From Nitrososphaeraceae archaeon (GTDB lineage Archaea > Thermoproteota > Nitrososphaeria > Nitrososphaerales > Nitrososphaeraceae): a DNA stretch of 64,000 nucleotides. The position numbers were made by a program, and so were the translations under genes. This document shows, piece after piece, positions 52,901-62,859 of the stretch. Below the pieces are notes generated by a model. The model saw nothing but the letters and a program-made list of their open reading frames with translations. It searched no databases and had not been told where the DNA came from. The first letter of the stretch is position 1; each line of letters begins with the position of its first letter. The stretch covers positions 1-64,000 of the forward strand of contig DATGZA010000062.1 of the NCBI GenBank assembly GCA_035297365.1, read 5' to 3'.

Positions 52901-53614
52901 TTATGGATTATTTGTTTCAGCCTTCATTTTCGCTAGTTCTTCTTCAACTGCGCTATCTAGTGATACTTTCTTGAGTTCTTTTTCGATATCTGTGTCATTT
53001 GGCTCATAGCTTTGTGTATAATCTGTAAGTACTCCGGACTCCATCATTTCGTCAAGAGCTTCTGCTTTAGCCTTCATCCTGTCCGTCTTTTCTTCAACTC
53101 TGTTAAGAATCATCCCAATGTCTCCCATCTCTTCAGAGATTCCGGAAAGATTTTCTTTTATCTTGACCTGTGCTTCTGCGGCGGAATATTCTGCTTTTAT
53201 CATCTCTTTTCTGGTTTTAAATTCATCAATTTTTGTCGTAAGACGTCGTTCAGCATCCTCTAACTTTTCTTGGTCTCTTTGTATTCCTTCTATCTGTTTA
53301 TCTAGGTTGTTTATCTGAATTGTGATAATATTCTTTCTCTCTAGTGCTAGTTTTGCCAGGTCCTCTCTGTTGGATTTCAGTGAGCGACGCGCCTGATCTT
53401 CCAAAGTCGCGATGTTAGCCGCAAGTTTTGCTCGTTGCATCTCAAGTCGTTTCTTTGAAGTTACAACTTTAGTAATATCTTGTCTTAACTTGTTTATCAG
53501 CTCTTGCTGTTTCTCAAAAGAATAATTTAAAAGTTCTTCAGGATCTTCAAATTTTTCAGCAATATTGTGAGCTTTTGCCTTAAAAATTGATGTAAATCTT
53601 TCTAATAAACCCAT
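52901..53614 (-). CDS. pspA: PspA/IM30 (Vipp1, ESCRT-III superfamily) protein
   Basis: Amphipathic MGLLERFTSIFKAK, EDPE, long coiled coil, REDLAKLAL, A.AEA and C-terminal VEEELAKMKAE. Confidence 0.93.
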   Translation of the reverse strand: MGLLERFTSIFKAKAHNIAEKFEDPEELLNYSFEKQQELINKLRQDITKVVTSKKRLEMQRAKLAANIATLEDQARRSLKSNREDLAKLALERKNIITIQINNLDKQIEGIQRDQEKLEDAERRLTTKIDEFKTRKEMIKAEYSAAEAQVKIKENLSGISEEMGDIGMILNRVEEKTDRMKAKAEALDEMMESGVLTDYTQSYEPNDTDIEKELKKVSLDSAVEEELAKMKAETNNP

Positions 53615-53890
53615 CTTAGTTAATAAAATACGTGAAGATTATATTAATGTTTATTGGTTCATATATTAGACAAGAATTGTTTTAGGTTTTTGAATGATGT
53701 GTTAGTATCTAACAACTTAATACATAATAATTCTTGAGATTTGATATCGTTTTCAATTTTTTTCCAGTTTATTTTTTAATTTAATAATTATACTATAATT
53801 TTATATTGGAAAAGATACGCTATAAAATATGTATTCAAATCAATAATAATATTTTTCAAAACTACGTGAATTAAATTCGTATATAAAAAT

Positions 53891-54337
53891 ATGATAAATC
53901 AAGTGTTTATATCCTGTATGCATCATAAAGAGATAAATATCGTTATCTTTTTTAGAAAATTATTGACGTTCAAGATTGTTATTCTAGGAATTATTATGAT
54001 ATTGATTTTTCATGCCCCTGCTATTTTTGCTGTACCGTATGGAAGCTATCAAAGCGAGAATTTTAAAATAACAAATATGACAGCAATATACAAGGGTAAA
54101 TACATAGAAGACAATTATGAAATTCTTGGGATAATTGAAAATATAGGAAATGAAACTTCCAGTGAAATCCATTTAATAGCAACTATCTTTGATAAAAACA
54201 ATAATTTGATTGGAGTTTATGAAACAATTCCTATTTTGGATATAAGTAAAAAAGGTAATGATTCACCATTTAGAATTGATATTTCTACTAACAGTTCATT
54301 GTTTGATCATTTTAATATAGAGATTGGTGGTAAATAA
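53891..54337 (+). CDS. Secreted FxLYD-type (Ig-like) domain protein
   Basis: Signal-like segment; GIIENIG...ATIFDKNNNLIG...SPF.I pattern. Confidence 0.7.
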   Translation: MINQVFISCMHHKEINIVIFFRKLLTFKIVILGIIMILIFHAPAIFAVPYGSYQSENFKITNMTAIYKGKYIEDNYEILGIIENIGNETSSEIHLIATIFDKNNNLIGVYETIPILDISKKGNDSPFRIDISTNSSLFDHFNIEIGGK

Positions 54338-54779
54338 TACCTTTTACGGTATATCCTGAAACCAAGAACATATTTTATCCCTCGAAAAGACATTTATCGA
54401 TATTAACTACGTAGAGTACTTCCCTTGTAGCATAACAATTTTTATTTTTTATCACAATTTTTTTCCCGGACACCATATCTTTAACTTTGTTCTTCTTTTT
54501 TTGTTATTATTCCTTTTATTGTAATAGTCATCGAAGATGCGTTTCTATTTTGGATATAATAATTATGATTGTTTAACTATTCTATTAAGTGAATTGCTGG
54601 TTTTAATTGACAGATGGTCTTTTATTCTGTGGAAGATTTTGTACTATTACTTAGAAAAATATTTTGATATTTCATAACATTGTGAATTGTGCTACATTTT
54701 GTTTTTCTTGTTTCCTTAAATAATTATAGGGTTAAGGAATAATTTAATATTGGCAAGGTGTTGACTTAAAATATCTATC

Positions 54780-55175
54780 TTGTTTCGATCTTCGCCAAAA
54801 AGAATAATAGTTTTAGGAACTCTTGTTATTCTTCTTGTAGTTGTAACCCTTGTAGTTATTGGCTTGATGTCAGGAGGTAATTATGTTCAATACAATCCTC
54901 TACAAACACCATATCCAAATTCTCCCTATCCGGTCCCTGTTCCTGCACCTTATCCCTATGGCTCGCCATTTCCAATTCCTTTTCCTCCTCCTATTCCATA
55001 TGGAGGAGATGGTTTTGATTTTGATTTTCCTAGGGAAGAAGAACATCCACTTACGCCAGAAGATGACCTGCGTTCTTTTGATTCTCCATTCGAACGAGAC
55101 GTTCCTTCATTTGATGACCAGTCTCCACTTATCCCAGAAGATGACCTAAGATTCGCAGATGATCTCTATAGATAG
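54780..55175 (+). CDS. Membrane-anchored Pro-rich / acidic low-complexity protein
   Basis: N-terminal TM helix, PYP/PxP tract and two PL.PEDDLR repeats. Confidence 0.6.
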   Translation: MFRSSPKRIIVLGTLVILLVVVTLVVIGLMSGGNYVQYNPLQTPYPNSPYPVPVPAPYPYGSPFPIPFPPPIPYGGDGFDFDFPREEEHPLTPEDDLRSFDSPFERDVPSFDDQSPLIPEDDLRFADDLYR

Positions 55176-55241
55176 ATATTATTTATCAAACCGTATTTTC
55201 TTTCTATAGATAGATATTATTTATCAAACCGTATTTTCTTT
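55166..55241. repeat. Perfect 38-bp tandem duplication
   Basis: CTATAGATAGATATTATTTATCAAACCGTATTTTCTTT at 55166-55203 and 55204-55241. Confidence 0.95.
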
Positions 55242-55406
55242 TTGGTTTTAAAATAGTCTGACGCACAAATTTTTGACCTCAGTTTGGGCAACTGTTAACT
55301 ATGATTATACCTATAGAATATTATTCACCATTTTATTAGATGATTATTTGTAGAATATTCAGTAAAAACCAAATTTTATAAATGGATTAAAAATAATCAT
55401 AAGATA

Positions 55407-55577
55407 ATGTCAGGAATAAAAAAAATGGTCAATATCAAGGACATAATTATCATAATAATCTTGATTATTGTTGCTGCGATAATAATAAAAGTGTTCAGCT
55501 CGTTAATAATTATTTTAATTATTGCAATAGTTGGTTATTTTATATATAAGTGGTACATGCGTTATAAAGGCAGGTAA
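55407..55577 (+). CDS. Small membrane protein (56 aa)
   Basis: Not in the ORF track. Translation MSGIKKMVNIKDIIIIIILIIVAAIIIKVFSSLIIILIIAIVGYFIYKWYMRYKGR, with TTTATAAA about 25-30 nt upstream. Confidence 0.7.
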   Translation: MSGIKKMVNIKDIIIIIILIIVAAIIIKVFSSLIIILIIAIVGYFIYKWYMRYKGR

Positions 55578-56251
55578 TTTATCTCAGGTTGCTTATTACA
55601 AAGAGACTTAATATGAATCTCTTTGAAACAACTTAAAGTCAATTTGCTAAATTCTATAATATCGAAAAAACTATTGGTTGTCCGATAAATTACGGTATTA
55701 TACTGGCTAACTAAATTCTCTATTTTCTATAAAGATACAAAATAAAAGTTTTCAAGCACATTAAAATCTTTATCCAAGAGAATAAATGAATTGTTGTTAA
55801 TCTGTCTAAAATTATATAAAATTCCTTAAATTTAAGGAAATGGAGCCTAAATAAATTATGAGCTGTAAACAATATCATTCATAAAGCAATAAAACCAGAA
55901 AAAATACACTTATTACAAATCAAAACTAGCAAGTGTTTTTAATTTTAGTTTCCTGCACAGATACCTTGAATTCTCTTTTTTATAAACTCTTTAGGATAGT
56001 TAATCGCTGAGAATTGGCCAGAAATGCAAATAATTCCTCGGCTTCCTCTAACTCTGAATTATCATGATTTTTTTATCCGATGCTCTTTAGCTTATAAACG
56101 GATGCACCATCAAAAAATATCATCTTACTCTATAATTATTTAAGATTGTCTAATTATATCGACGTACGTGAAATTTTTACTGGAAATGTCTTATTTTACT
56201 GGATTTCTTTAAGCTGTATTAAGTAACTATTGAAATTATAATATTCGCATA

Positions 56252-56802
56252 ATGACAACAGGAAAATATTTCAATCGAAATGTCTTAGATATAGATACTC
56301 CTTATGTGGGACATGTAGTAAGAGAAAAGCCCGATGAAATATTAGTTTTTGGGGAAAAAATATAAAATATGATATACAAATTTTTAGAATAAAATCTGTA
56401 GGCAGAAACGTATTGATTAACATGACTTTCGATGATATTGAAAAATTTTCTTCGGTCAACAGAAATGCACCATTGCCTTCAAATAGTAGGCAATATGCAT
56501 CTTGGAATGGAATCACTAGCGTGAATCTTGCTTCATATGAAGGAAAGTATCCTAAATGTCTATTTAACAAAGGGGTAAGACTTGAAAATGAGGATCATGA
56601 AGGACATGTAATAAGAGAAACTGAGGATAAAATATTGATATTTGGGCACGAAAATTTTAAAAATGATGTGCCTAAATCAAAAATAGCTACTATGGATCGA
56701 AATGTCATACTCGGGTTCGGTTCGATCTGGCTCTCAGTATACAAGGTTGGTATGTCTTCTCCTTTACCTCTCAATTCTCCTTCACTTCTAAGAGAAAATT
56801 AA
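56252..56802 (+). pseudogene. Frameshifted paralog of the downstream two-repeat protein
   Basis: ATG 56252 reads MTTGKYFNR...GHVVREKPDEILVFGEK then stops. Adding one A to the A6 run (56355-56360) joins it to ORF 56413-56802 and makes it colinear with 56844-57443. Confidence 0.75.
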
Positions 56803-56843
56803 TTCGTTTATGATAATTTTTAAATTCATGTTTTGTAGTATAA

Positions 56844-57443
56844 ATGATTGATCATATGGTATCGGGAAAATATTTCAACAGGGGAGTTAAAGCGTTAGAT
56901 TCACCAGACATTGGACGTGTAGTAAGAGAAACTCCTGATAAAATAGTAGTTTTTGGGGACAAAAATACAAGGTACGATATTCCAATCTCTGAGATTAATC
57001 AAGTGGGTGCAAACGTGCTTATTAATCTCAATCTGGCAGAAATCGAAGAAAAATATAGTGTAAATCGTGAGGAACCACTTCCAACTAGCCGTAGAGACCC
57101 TTGGGGATCAGAAGATAATCAAGTGGATTTAGGTTCATATGAAGGGAAATATCCGAATTCTCTATTTAATAAAGGTGTAAGAACCGCAAATGAAGATTAT
57201 GTAGGACATGTAATGAAAGAAACTCCTGACAAAATCGTAGTTTTCGGAATAGGGAACGATAGATTCGACATTCCAAAATCAGAAATAATAGCAGTAGGAA
57301 GAAATGTTATTGTTCAAAAGAATTTTCCAGAATTGGATGTCTACAAGGTGGATAGGAATTCGCCATTGCCAACCGGAGAACCCATAGAAAAATTGAATGA
57401 AGAAGCATATCCAGAATATTATCATGGACCCAAAGATACTTAA
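56844..57443 (+). CDS. Protein of two tandem PRC-barrel-like repeats
   Basis: Repeat FNxGV...GxVxxETPDKIVVFG...R.DIP.SEI..VG.NV...V.R..PLP occurs twice. The PRC-barrel assignment is a pattern-based guess. Confidence 0.75.
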   Translation: MIDHMVSGKYFNRGVKALDSPDIGRVVRETPDKIVVFGDKNTRYDIPISEINQVGANVLINLNLAEIEEKYSVNREEPLPTSRRDPWGSEDNQVDLGSYEGKYPNSLFNKGVRTANEDYVGHVMKETPDKIVVFGIGNDRFDIPKSEIIAVGRNVIVQKNFPELDVYKVDRNSPLPTGEPIEKLNEEAYPEYYHGPKDT

Positions 57444-57636
57444 AAATGGATCTGACGGATTCATGAAAAAATAATCTAAATTGTTTATTGAATCTTTGAT
57501 TTCCTTGGTAAATAACCTTAATTTTTTTTTGGCTTGAAGATAGCTATATTCATCATAATTTTTAGAAATTTTTAAATCGACTCTGCTAATTCAGGCGATA
57601 CACTTCGCATAGAATTTTGTGAATCATATTCTTAGC

Positions 57637-58119
57637 TTAATTGAATAGTTTTTTCCTTCTTGCCATGATATTTGCTATAATCACATAAAAAATCCAAGCA
57701 AATAACGTTGTAATTATTGAGATTATAAAAGCATCAAGGATAACGAATTCGAAAATTAAGTAAGTTGAAAGAAATTTAGCAAAAAGATAAGATATCTCTG
57801 CGAACCCAATTACAGTAATTATTTTTCCAAGACTGTATCTTAATTTCTGTATATTTTTTCTACGATCAAAATTTTGAGATCTACCGGTATTATCTATAAA
57901 ATATAAAATTATAAATGAAGCATTATAAATTGAAAAATCTGCTGCTAAAGAAACTGATGATATCAACACATAATTTGTAGTAAATACAAGTGCAGCATGA
58001 TTTACTATGAAAATATCCAATATCGCAGTTATTATTGCTGCTACAAAGATATTCTTGTTAAAGAGAATTATATATTTATGTTTCTTGTAAAAATTTTTAA
58101 TTGAGTAATCATCCATCAA
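57637..58119 (-). CDS. Hypothetical 4-TM membrane protein (GtrA-like topology)
   Basis: Four hydrophobic segments in 160 aa. Confidence 0.65.
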   Translation of the reverse strand: MMDDYSIKNFYKKHKYIILFNKNIFVAAIITAILDIFIVNHAALVFTTNYVLISSVSLAADFSIYNASFIILYFIDNTGRSQNFDRRKNIQKLRYSLGKIITVIGFAEISYLFAKFLSTYLIFEFVILDAFIISIITTLFAWIFYVIIANIMARRKKLFN

Positions 58120-58224
58120 AGTTCATCTTTAAAACCGTTTATAAATATATCTTATAATCAGAATCACCTTCATCAAGATATAACAAATTCTAAAATTACA
58201 GAAAGAGTATTTTTATATAATATT

Positions 58225-58751
58225 ATGAAACCTGCAGTAAAAAAAGCAAAACCCATTACTTTTAGGATAGAAAACAACATTTTAGAAACAATTAGAAAGA
58301 AAGGAGAAAGAGAACAACTAACTAATAGTAATCTCATTAATAAAATTCTGGAAAGGTATGTTGAATGGGATGTGTACGAATCTAAAGTAGGCATGATGCC
58401 GATTCCAAAAGTTCTTTTAGACAACCTTTTAATGGTCGAATCAAAGAAGAAGTTGTCGAGTTAGCTACTAAAGTTGGGAGATATGAACTAGAAGATGCTT
58501 CTTTATTTATGAATAAAAAGAATGATTGGGAATCATTTCTGAGATGTTTGAAAAGAGAATGCAGAATACATCCATTGAAATTAATGATAAAAAAAGACAA
58601 TAAAAAACATACTTTCATAATAAAACACAATATTAGAGAGAATTGGTCACTTTATCATAAAACGATCTTTGAATTACTTGTTAAAGAAAATTATAAAAAA
58701 CACGTGGAAATTAGATATAATAATCGACTCATTTCGGGCCTGTTAACTTAA
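58225..58751 (+). pseudogene. Frameshifted ribbon-helix-helix-fused putative regulator
   Basis: N-terminal ITFRI...NLINKILERYVEWD is RHH-like. One missing T near 58426-58429 would join ORFs 58225 and 58509 (KH..ENWSLY). The 3' end runs into an IS terminal repeat. Confidence 0.65.
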
Positions 58752-59054
58752 GGTAAAGTAATAGTCATATTATATAATTCTATTAAGTTCTGAGCTGTTC
58801 TGTGGTCACTTTAAGATTTTTTCAATTCTATTCTTCTTTTTTCCTTAACTTAACAGGGCAGAATTGGATGCAGTATTTCAAAGACAGAACTGAATGTTTT
58901 GATGATTACTATCCTTGTACAAAGAATAGTATAAAATGTGATCTATCACATGGAGACAATTGGATCAAATTATTCATATATCTACATAACACCAAAATCA
59001 GAAAGACAAGAATATTCAATATAGCATGTGAAATAGCCTTAACTTAACAGGACC
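58736..59054 (+). mobile_element. Non-autonomous IS6-family remnant / MITE-like element
   Basis: Left IR GGGCCTGTTAACTTAAGG (58736-58753) and right IR CCTTAACTTAACAGGACC (59037-59054) match at 16/18. An extra right-IR copy lies at 58843-58859. Contains the transposase-like C-terminal peptide MQYFKDRTECFDDYYPC. Confidence 0.8.
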
Positions 59055-59511
59055 TCCAATTCTTTTTGTTATCTTTAAATTCAATATATTCTGTATCTTT
59101 TATTTTACAACTCGGTTGTGTATTGTGTGGTCTCCAGTCTTTATTTTGTTAATAACATATTCTATTTTCAAAATACTTGTCCTTCCAATTGTAGAACTTT
59201 TTCAGGATATGTAATATCCATTACAAATACCAGTACAGCATCTCTTGTGTAATCTTTCTTATGAATTAAAATAAATTTTGTTTGTTAGTCTATTTATTAT
59301 ACGCTTCATAGCTGATCAGACACGTTAACTATCTCAATAAATGAAATTTTGATCTATATTGGAAAGTACAACAAATAGAATAGCACATCAGAAATTTTTC
59401 TAAATTCCGTGATTAATACAATTTTAGCAAGGAGAACAGGATTTATTTGTCTCTTAGGCACTAGTTATACTTTATATATATGTTTTAATACTATAAATAC
59501 AAAATTAAGAT

Positions 59512-59922
59512 ATGCCAAAAACATTTGCCAATGGTCCAACACTGATGATTTCTGGTTCTTGTATTAATTTTAACAAAGAAAGAATTAGAATAATTGAGCA
59601 TATAAACGAATTAGAATTGATATCACACACAAAAACTGATTACGAAGTGTCATCAGAGGGCTCTTCTTTAGGATGGGACTTTTTTCGGATTTATTTTGAG
59701 CAAAATTTTGTCGAACGAATATCCGAAATTTTTCCAGAGATGCAAAAAGAAGTAGGAGTTACTTTAGAACAACGCTTCGTAATTTGGTTATCCAAGAGAT
59801 TTAAAAAAAGAAAATTAGATTATTATTTGAAACTAGAAGAGATACCTTATGAAAAAACATTAGGTTTTAGACTTGATCCAGAAAACTATCGTAATGAAGA
59901 AGATCTGGTGGATTTACGCTAG
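59512..59922 (+). CDS. Hypothetical protein
   Basis: 136-aa ORF with a TATA-like element upstream. Confidence 0.7.
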   Translation: MPKTFANGPTLMISGSCINFNKERIRIIEHINELELISHTKTDYEVSSEGSSLGWDFFRIYFEQNFVERISEIFPEMQKEVGVTLEQRFVIWLSKRFKKRKLDYYLKLEEIPYEKTLGFRLDPENYRNEEDLVDLR

Positions 59923-60039
59923 CTTTACTTTCTATTAGCTTTATTTTATTTGTAATTTTCATTATTTTCCACATTTATTGGTTAGGCACTATGAATAATC
60001 TGTCATATACTTTATAGGACAAGTAACATATTCAAGATT

Positions 60040-60354
60040 ATGAGTTATGGATACGAGATAGGTCCCGGCGATAATCAGGGCATATCAAATAAACAACTTG
60101 CATTGATATTTGGACTAGGTATAACAGGGATTTTTCTAGTATTTGCTATTTTTATTTTTCCAATACAAAATCTTTTTCGCGAATCAGTTAGTGAGCAAGT
60201 TGTAATAGTTAGTAAAAGTGATGGTGAATGTGTTGTAAATAGTCAAGATCACCCAAGAAGCATTCCTAACTGCAATTATGATGTGGGTGATAAAGTACAA
60301 ATCACATACAAATATGGCACTGCTATGGTTGAGGATCATAAAAAAATAAATTGA
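60040..60354 (+). CDS. Small membrane-anchored protein with two-Cys beta domain
   Basis: TM helix followed by an OB-like pattern (CVV...C.Y.VGDKV.I.Y). Confidence 0.7.
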   Translation: MSYGYEIGPGDNQGISNKQLALIFGLGITGIFLVFAIFIFPIQNLFRESVSEQVVIVSKSDGECVVNSQDHPRSIPNCNYDVGDKVQITYKYGTAMVEDHKKIN

Positions 60355-60457
60355 GGCTGTGATGTGATTTTTTTCTACACTCTCTTTAAAAATCTAAATT
60401 TACCTCATGATGAAAATATAAGATAACATTAAATCTTTGAACAAGCAATAATTTGAT

Positions 60458-60754
60458 ATGGTATTAGAAGATGAATTAACCAGAAAGTTACTGGATAAAA
60501 TAATCCAGAATGTTATTTCATGTTTGCCCATGATAGAAAGAATATCTAAAGTACAAAATGAAAGAATCAAAGAAGAGATAGGAGTCGTTAACCAAAGAGA
60601 CTTTATCATAGGGGCTATATGGTGTACGATATTAGAGAAATTCCTCGTTTCTTCATATCTTTATACTGGAAAAACTATTACCTATGAACAAGGTTTAGAA
60701 ATAAGTGAATATACATTAGATAGAATTTCAGAGTTATCACCTGAGATCAAATAA
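60458..60754 (+). CDS. Hypothetical protein
   Basis: 98-aa helical ORF containing DFIIGAIW. Confidence 0.6.
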   Translation: MVLEDELTRKLLDKIIQNVISCLPMIERISKVQNERIKEEIGVVNQRDFIIGAIWCTILEKFLVSSYLYTGKTITYEQGLEISEYTLDRISELSPEIK

Positions 60755-60899
60755 ATAGATAATTATTAAATGTGACAGTACGGTAATACTTTATATCATG
60801 AGGTTCACAGAATTTATATTAAAAAAACCCAGATATTGTCTTAAATTAAGAATTAAAATTATGAAACCGAATTACCAAGCCAATAACAAATTTAGTGAC

Positions 60900-61802
60900 C
60901 TATAAACCACTCATAATTTGATTTATTAGTTTTAGTGCATTTTTAGCGCTTTTTTCTTTATCTTTTATCTCCAACATGATATCTAAATCAACAGAAGTAA
61001 TTGCGAGAACAAATTCCTTGAATTGTTTCATATCCAAAGTAGTAGAATGTTTTCCTTTTCTTTCATTTGGCTCCTGATTACTATAATCAATCATTATTAT
61101 TCCATCTCTATGATTATACCATGTATCGCTAGCCCTTTGCAAGGCATCAATTAATGACAAATTATCTCCAAAACACTGATGATGAAATGTGTCAAAAAGA
61201 ATTGGTATGTCTGTATTCGATTGAATTTCTATACAATCATTCAAATTATAAAGATGATCGTCGTTTTCGATTACCAACCTTTTTTTTACTTTTTCAGAAA
61301 GCAAATTCTTGTAATTTGATATGAATTTTTTCTTTGAATCTTCTCTGTCTCCATAAACTCCTCCAACATGAATTTGAACTTTTGCAGAGGTATCAAGTCT
61401 CATTAAATCCAGAACGTCTGTATGATACTCTAGTTCTTTAATACTATTATTCACAATATCTGGGTTTTTTGAATTTATGAGAACGAATTGGTCTGGATGC
61501 ATAGATATTCTCATATCATTTTCTTTTATCAATCTGCCAATTTTTATAAAATCAGATCTAAAAGATTCTTTCCAGTCGAATTTACATATTGAATGAGATG
61601 CGAATGGAATTATATCTGAACTTATTCTAAAAAACATGAGATTGTTTTCTATATTATACTTTAATATTTCAACAAGAGTGTCAAGATTATATTTTATGGA
61701 TTGAATCAATCTTTCTTCAGTGTAAGAAGATAATCGAAATGTTGATACAGTTTTTTTTCCAATTGAATGATTTATACATGGATAACCGATCTTCATAAGC
61801 AA
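60900..61802 (-). CDS. uvsE: UV DNA damage endonuclease
   Basis: IGYPC, FFRISSD..PFASH, R.SMHPDQF, IHVGGVYG, IENDD, D.FHH and DIMLEIK.KE motifs. Confidence 0.95.
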   Translation of the reverse strand: MLMKIGYPCINHSIGKKTVSTFRLSSYTEERLIQSIKYNLDTLVEILKYNIENNLMFFRISSDIIPFASHSICKFDWKESFRSDFIKIGRLIKENDMRISMHPDQFVLINSKNPDIVNNSIKELEYHTDVLDLMRLDTSAKVQIHVGGVYGDREDSKKKFISNYKNLLSEKVKKRLVIENDDHLYNLNDCIEIQSNTDIPILFDTFHHQCFGDNLSLIDALQRASDTWYNHRDGIIMIDYSNQEPNERKGKHSTTLDMKQFKEFVLAITSVDLDIMLEIKDKEKSAKNALKLINQIMSGL

Positions 61803-62065
61803 TTATTTAATACCATCGAGAAAATTAAGATTTTTTTACTTATTGAAAGACTCAATTTATTGTAAATTAAAAATATCAGTTTTGATAAAAATGTAGACAA
61901 ATTTACGCGGCTTTTTTTCTTCTGAATTTGTGAATCATGTTATAATTAATCGACTTTTTTTCTTAGTTGAGTACGAAAATTTTGGTGATTGTATTTTCTA
62001 ACAAGTTGGCACTATGTTAATTTTTTTTATCTCTAGTCTTTATATAAATAGGAAAAAGATATGAT

Positions 62066-62635
62066 ATGTTAAAACAAAAAGGTTGCAATATGGTGATTTT
62101 TTATTGTACCGTTGCTGGCTTCATTTCAGCTTGGGCAATATCTGGATTACTTGTAATTGTAGATATTGTTTCAAATACTCCTACAGGTACATTTTTTTCG
62201 GTCATAGGAGTATCAATTGGAATAGAAGATCCTGTTGTGGCTCTGTATATTGGTTTTAGATTACATGTGCTAACTGGAACTGCGGCTGGAAATATTTTTG
62301 GACAAGTCGCATCTTTTTGGAATAAAGTATTTTCCAACTGGCATCAGACGGGGGATACCGTTTGGAGTAATTCAGGGAATAGCATTGTGGATTATAATGT
62401 TCGTTCCTTTAGTTACTCTGGCAATACAAGCCAAACTTGAATCTCTTGTGACCATGGCTACAAATGAGAATTTCAAAAACATTGCATTTCATTTTATTTT
62501 GAAGGATTGTATCCAGTGATCATAGGTGGATCATTGATAGTTCATATAGTGTAGGGAGTTTTACTGGGATTTATTGTTGGGAGAATGTCAGAACTTGATT
62601 TGTTTGTTCACGTGACTTTCAATAAAAATGTATGA
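62066..62635 (+). pseudogene. Disrupted multi-TM membrane protein with intramembrane His residues
   Basis: Three overlapping hydrophobic frames (…LHVLTG…; …GIALWIIMFVP…; …GGSLIVHIV*GVLLGF…) need two frameshifts and read-through of an in-frame TAG. Confidence 0.65.
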
Positions 62636-62859
62636 TGTCTTTGACGAAATTACATACAATAAGATAGTAAATATGATAGCCATATCAAAAATAAGTACAT
62701 TCAATAAAAAGTGATCCAAAAATGGATACATTAACAAAGTCATATACAGATGATCAGTATAAAAGTGGATTCATTTTTTGTTACTAAGGATTAAAAAATA
62801 TATATAAAATATCTATTTGAAAATATTATATAGTGTTCAACTATTGGAGAGAAAAATAA

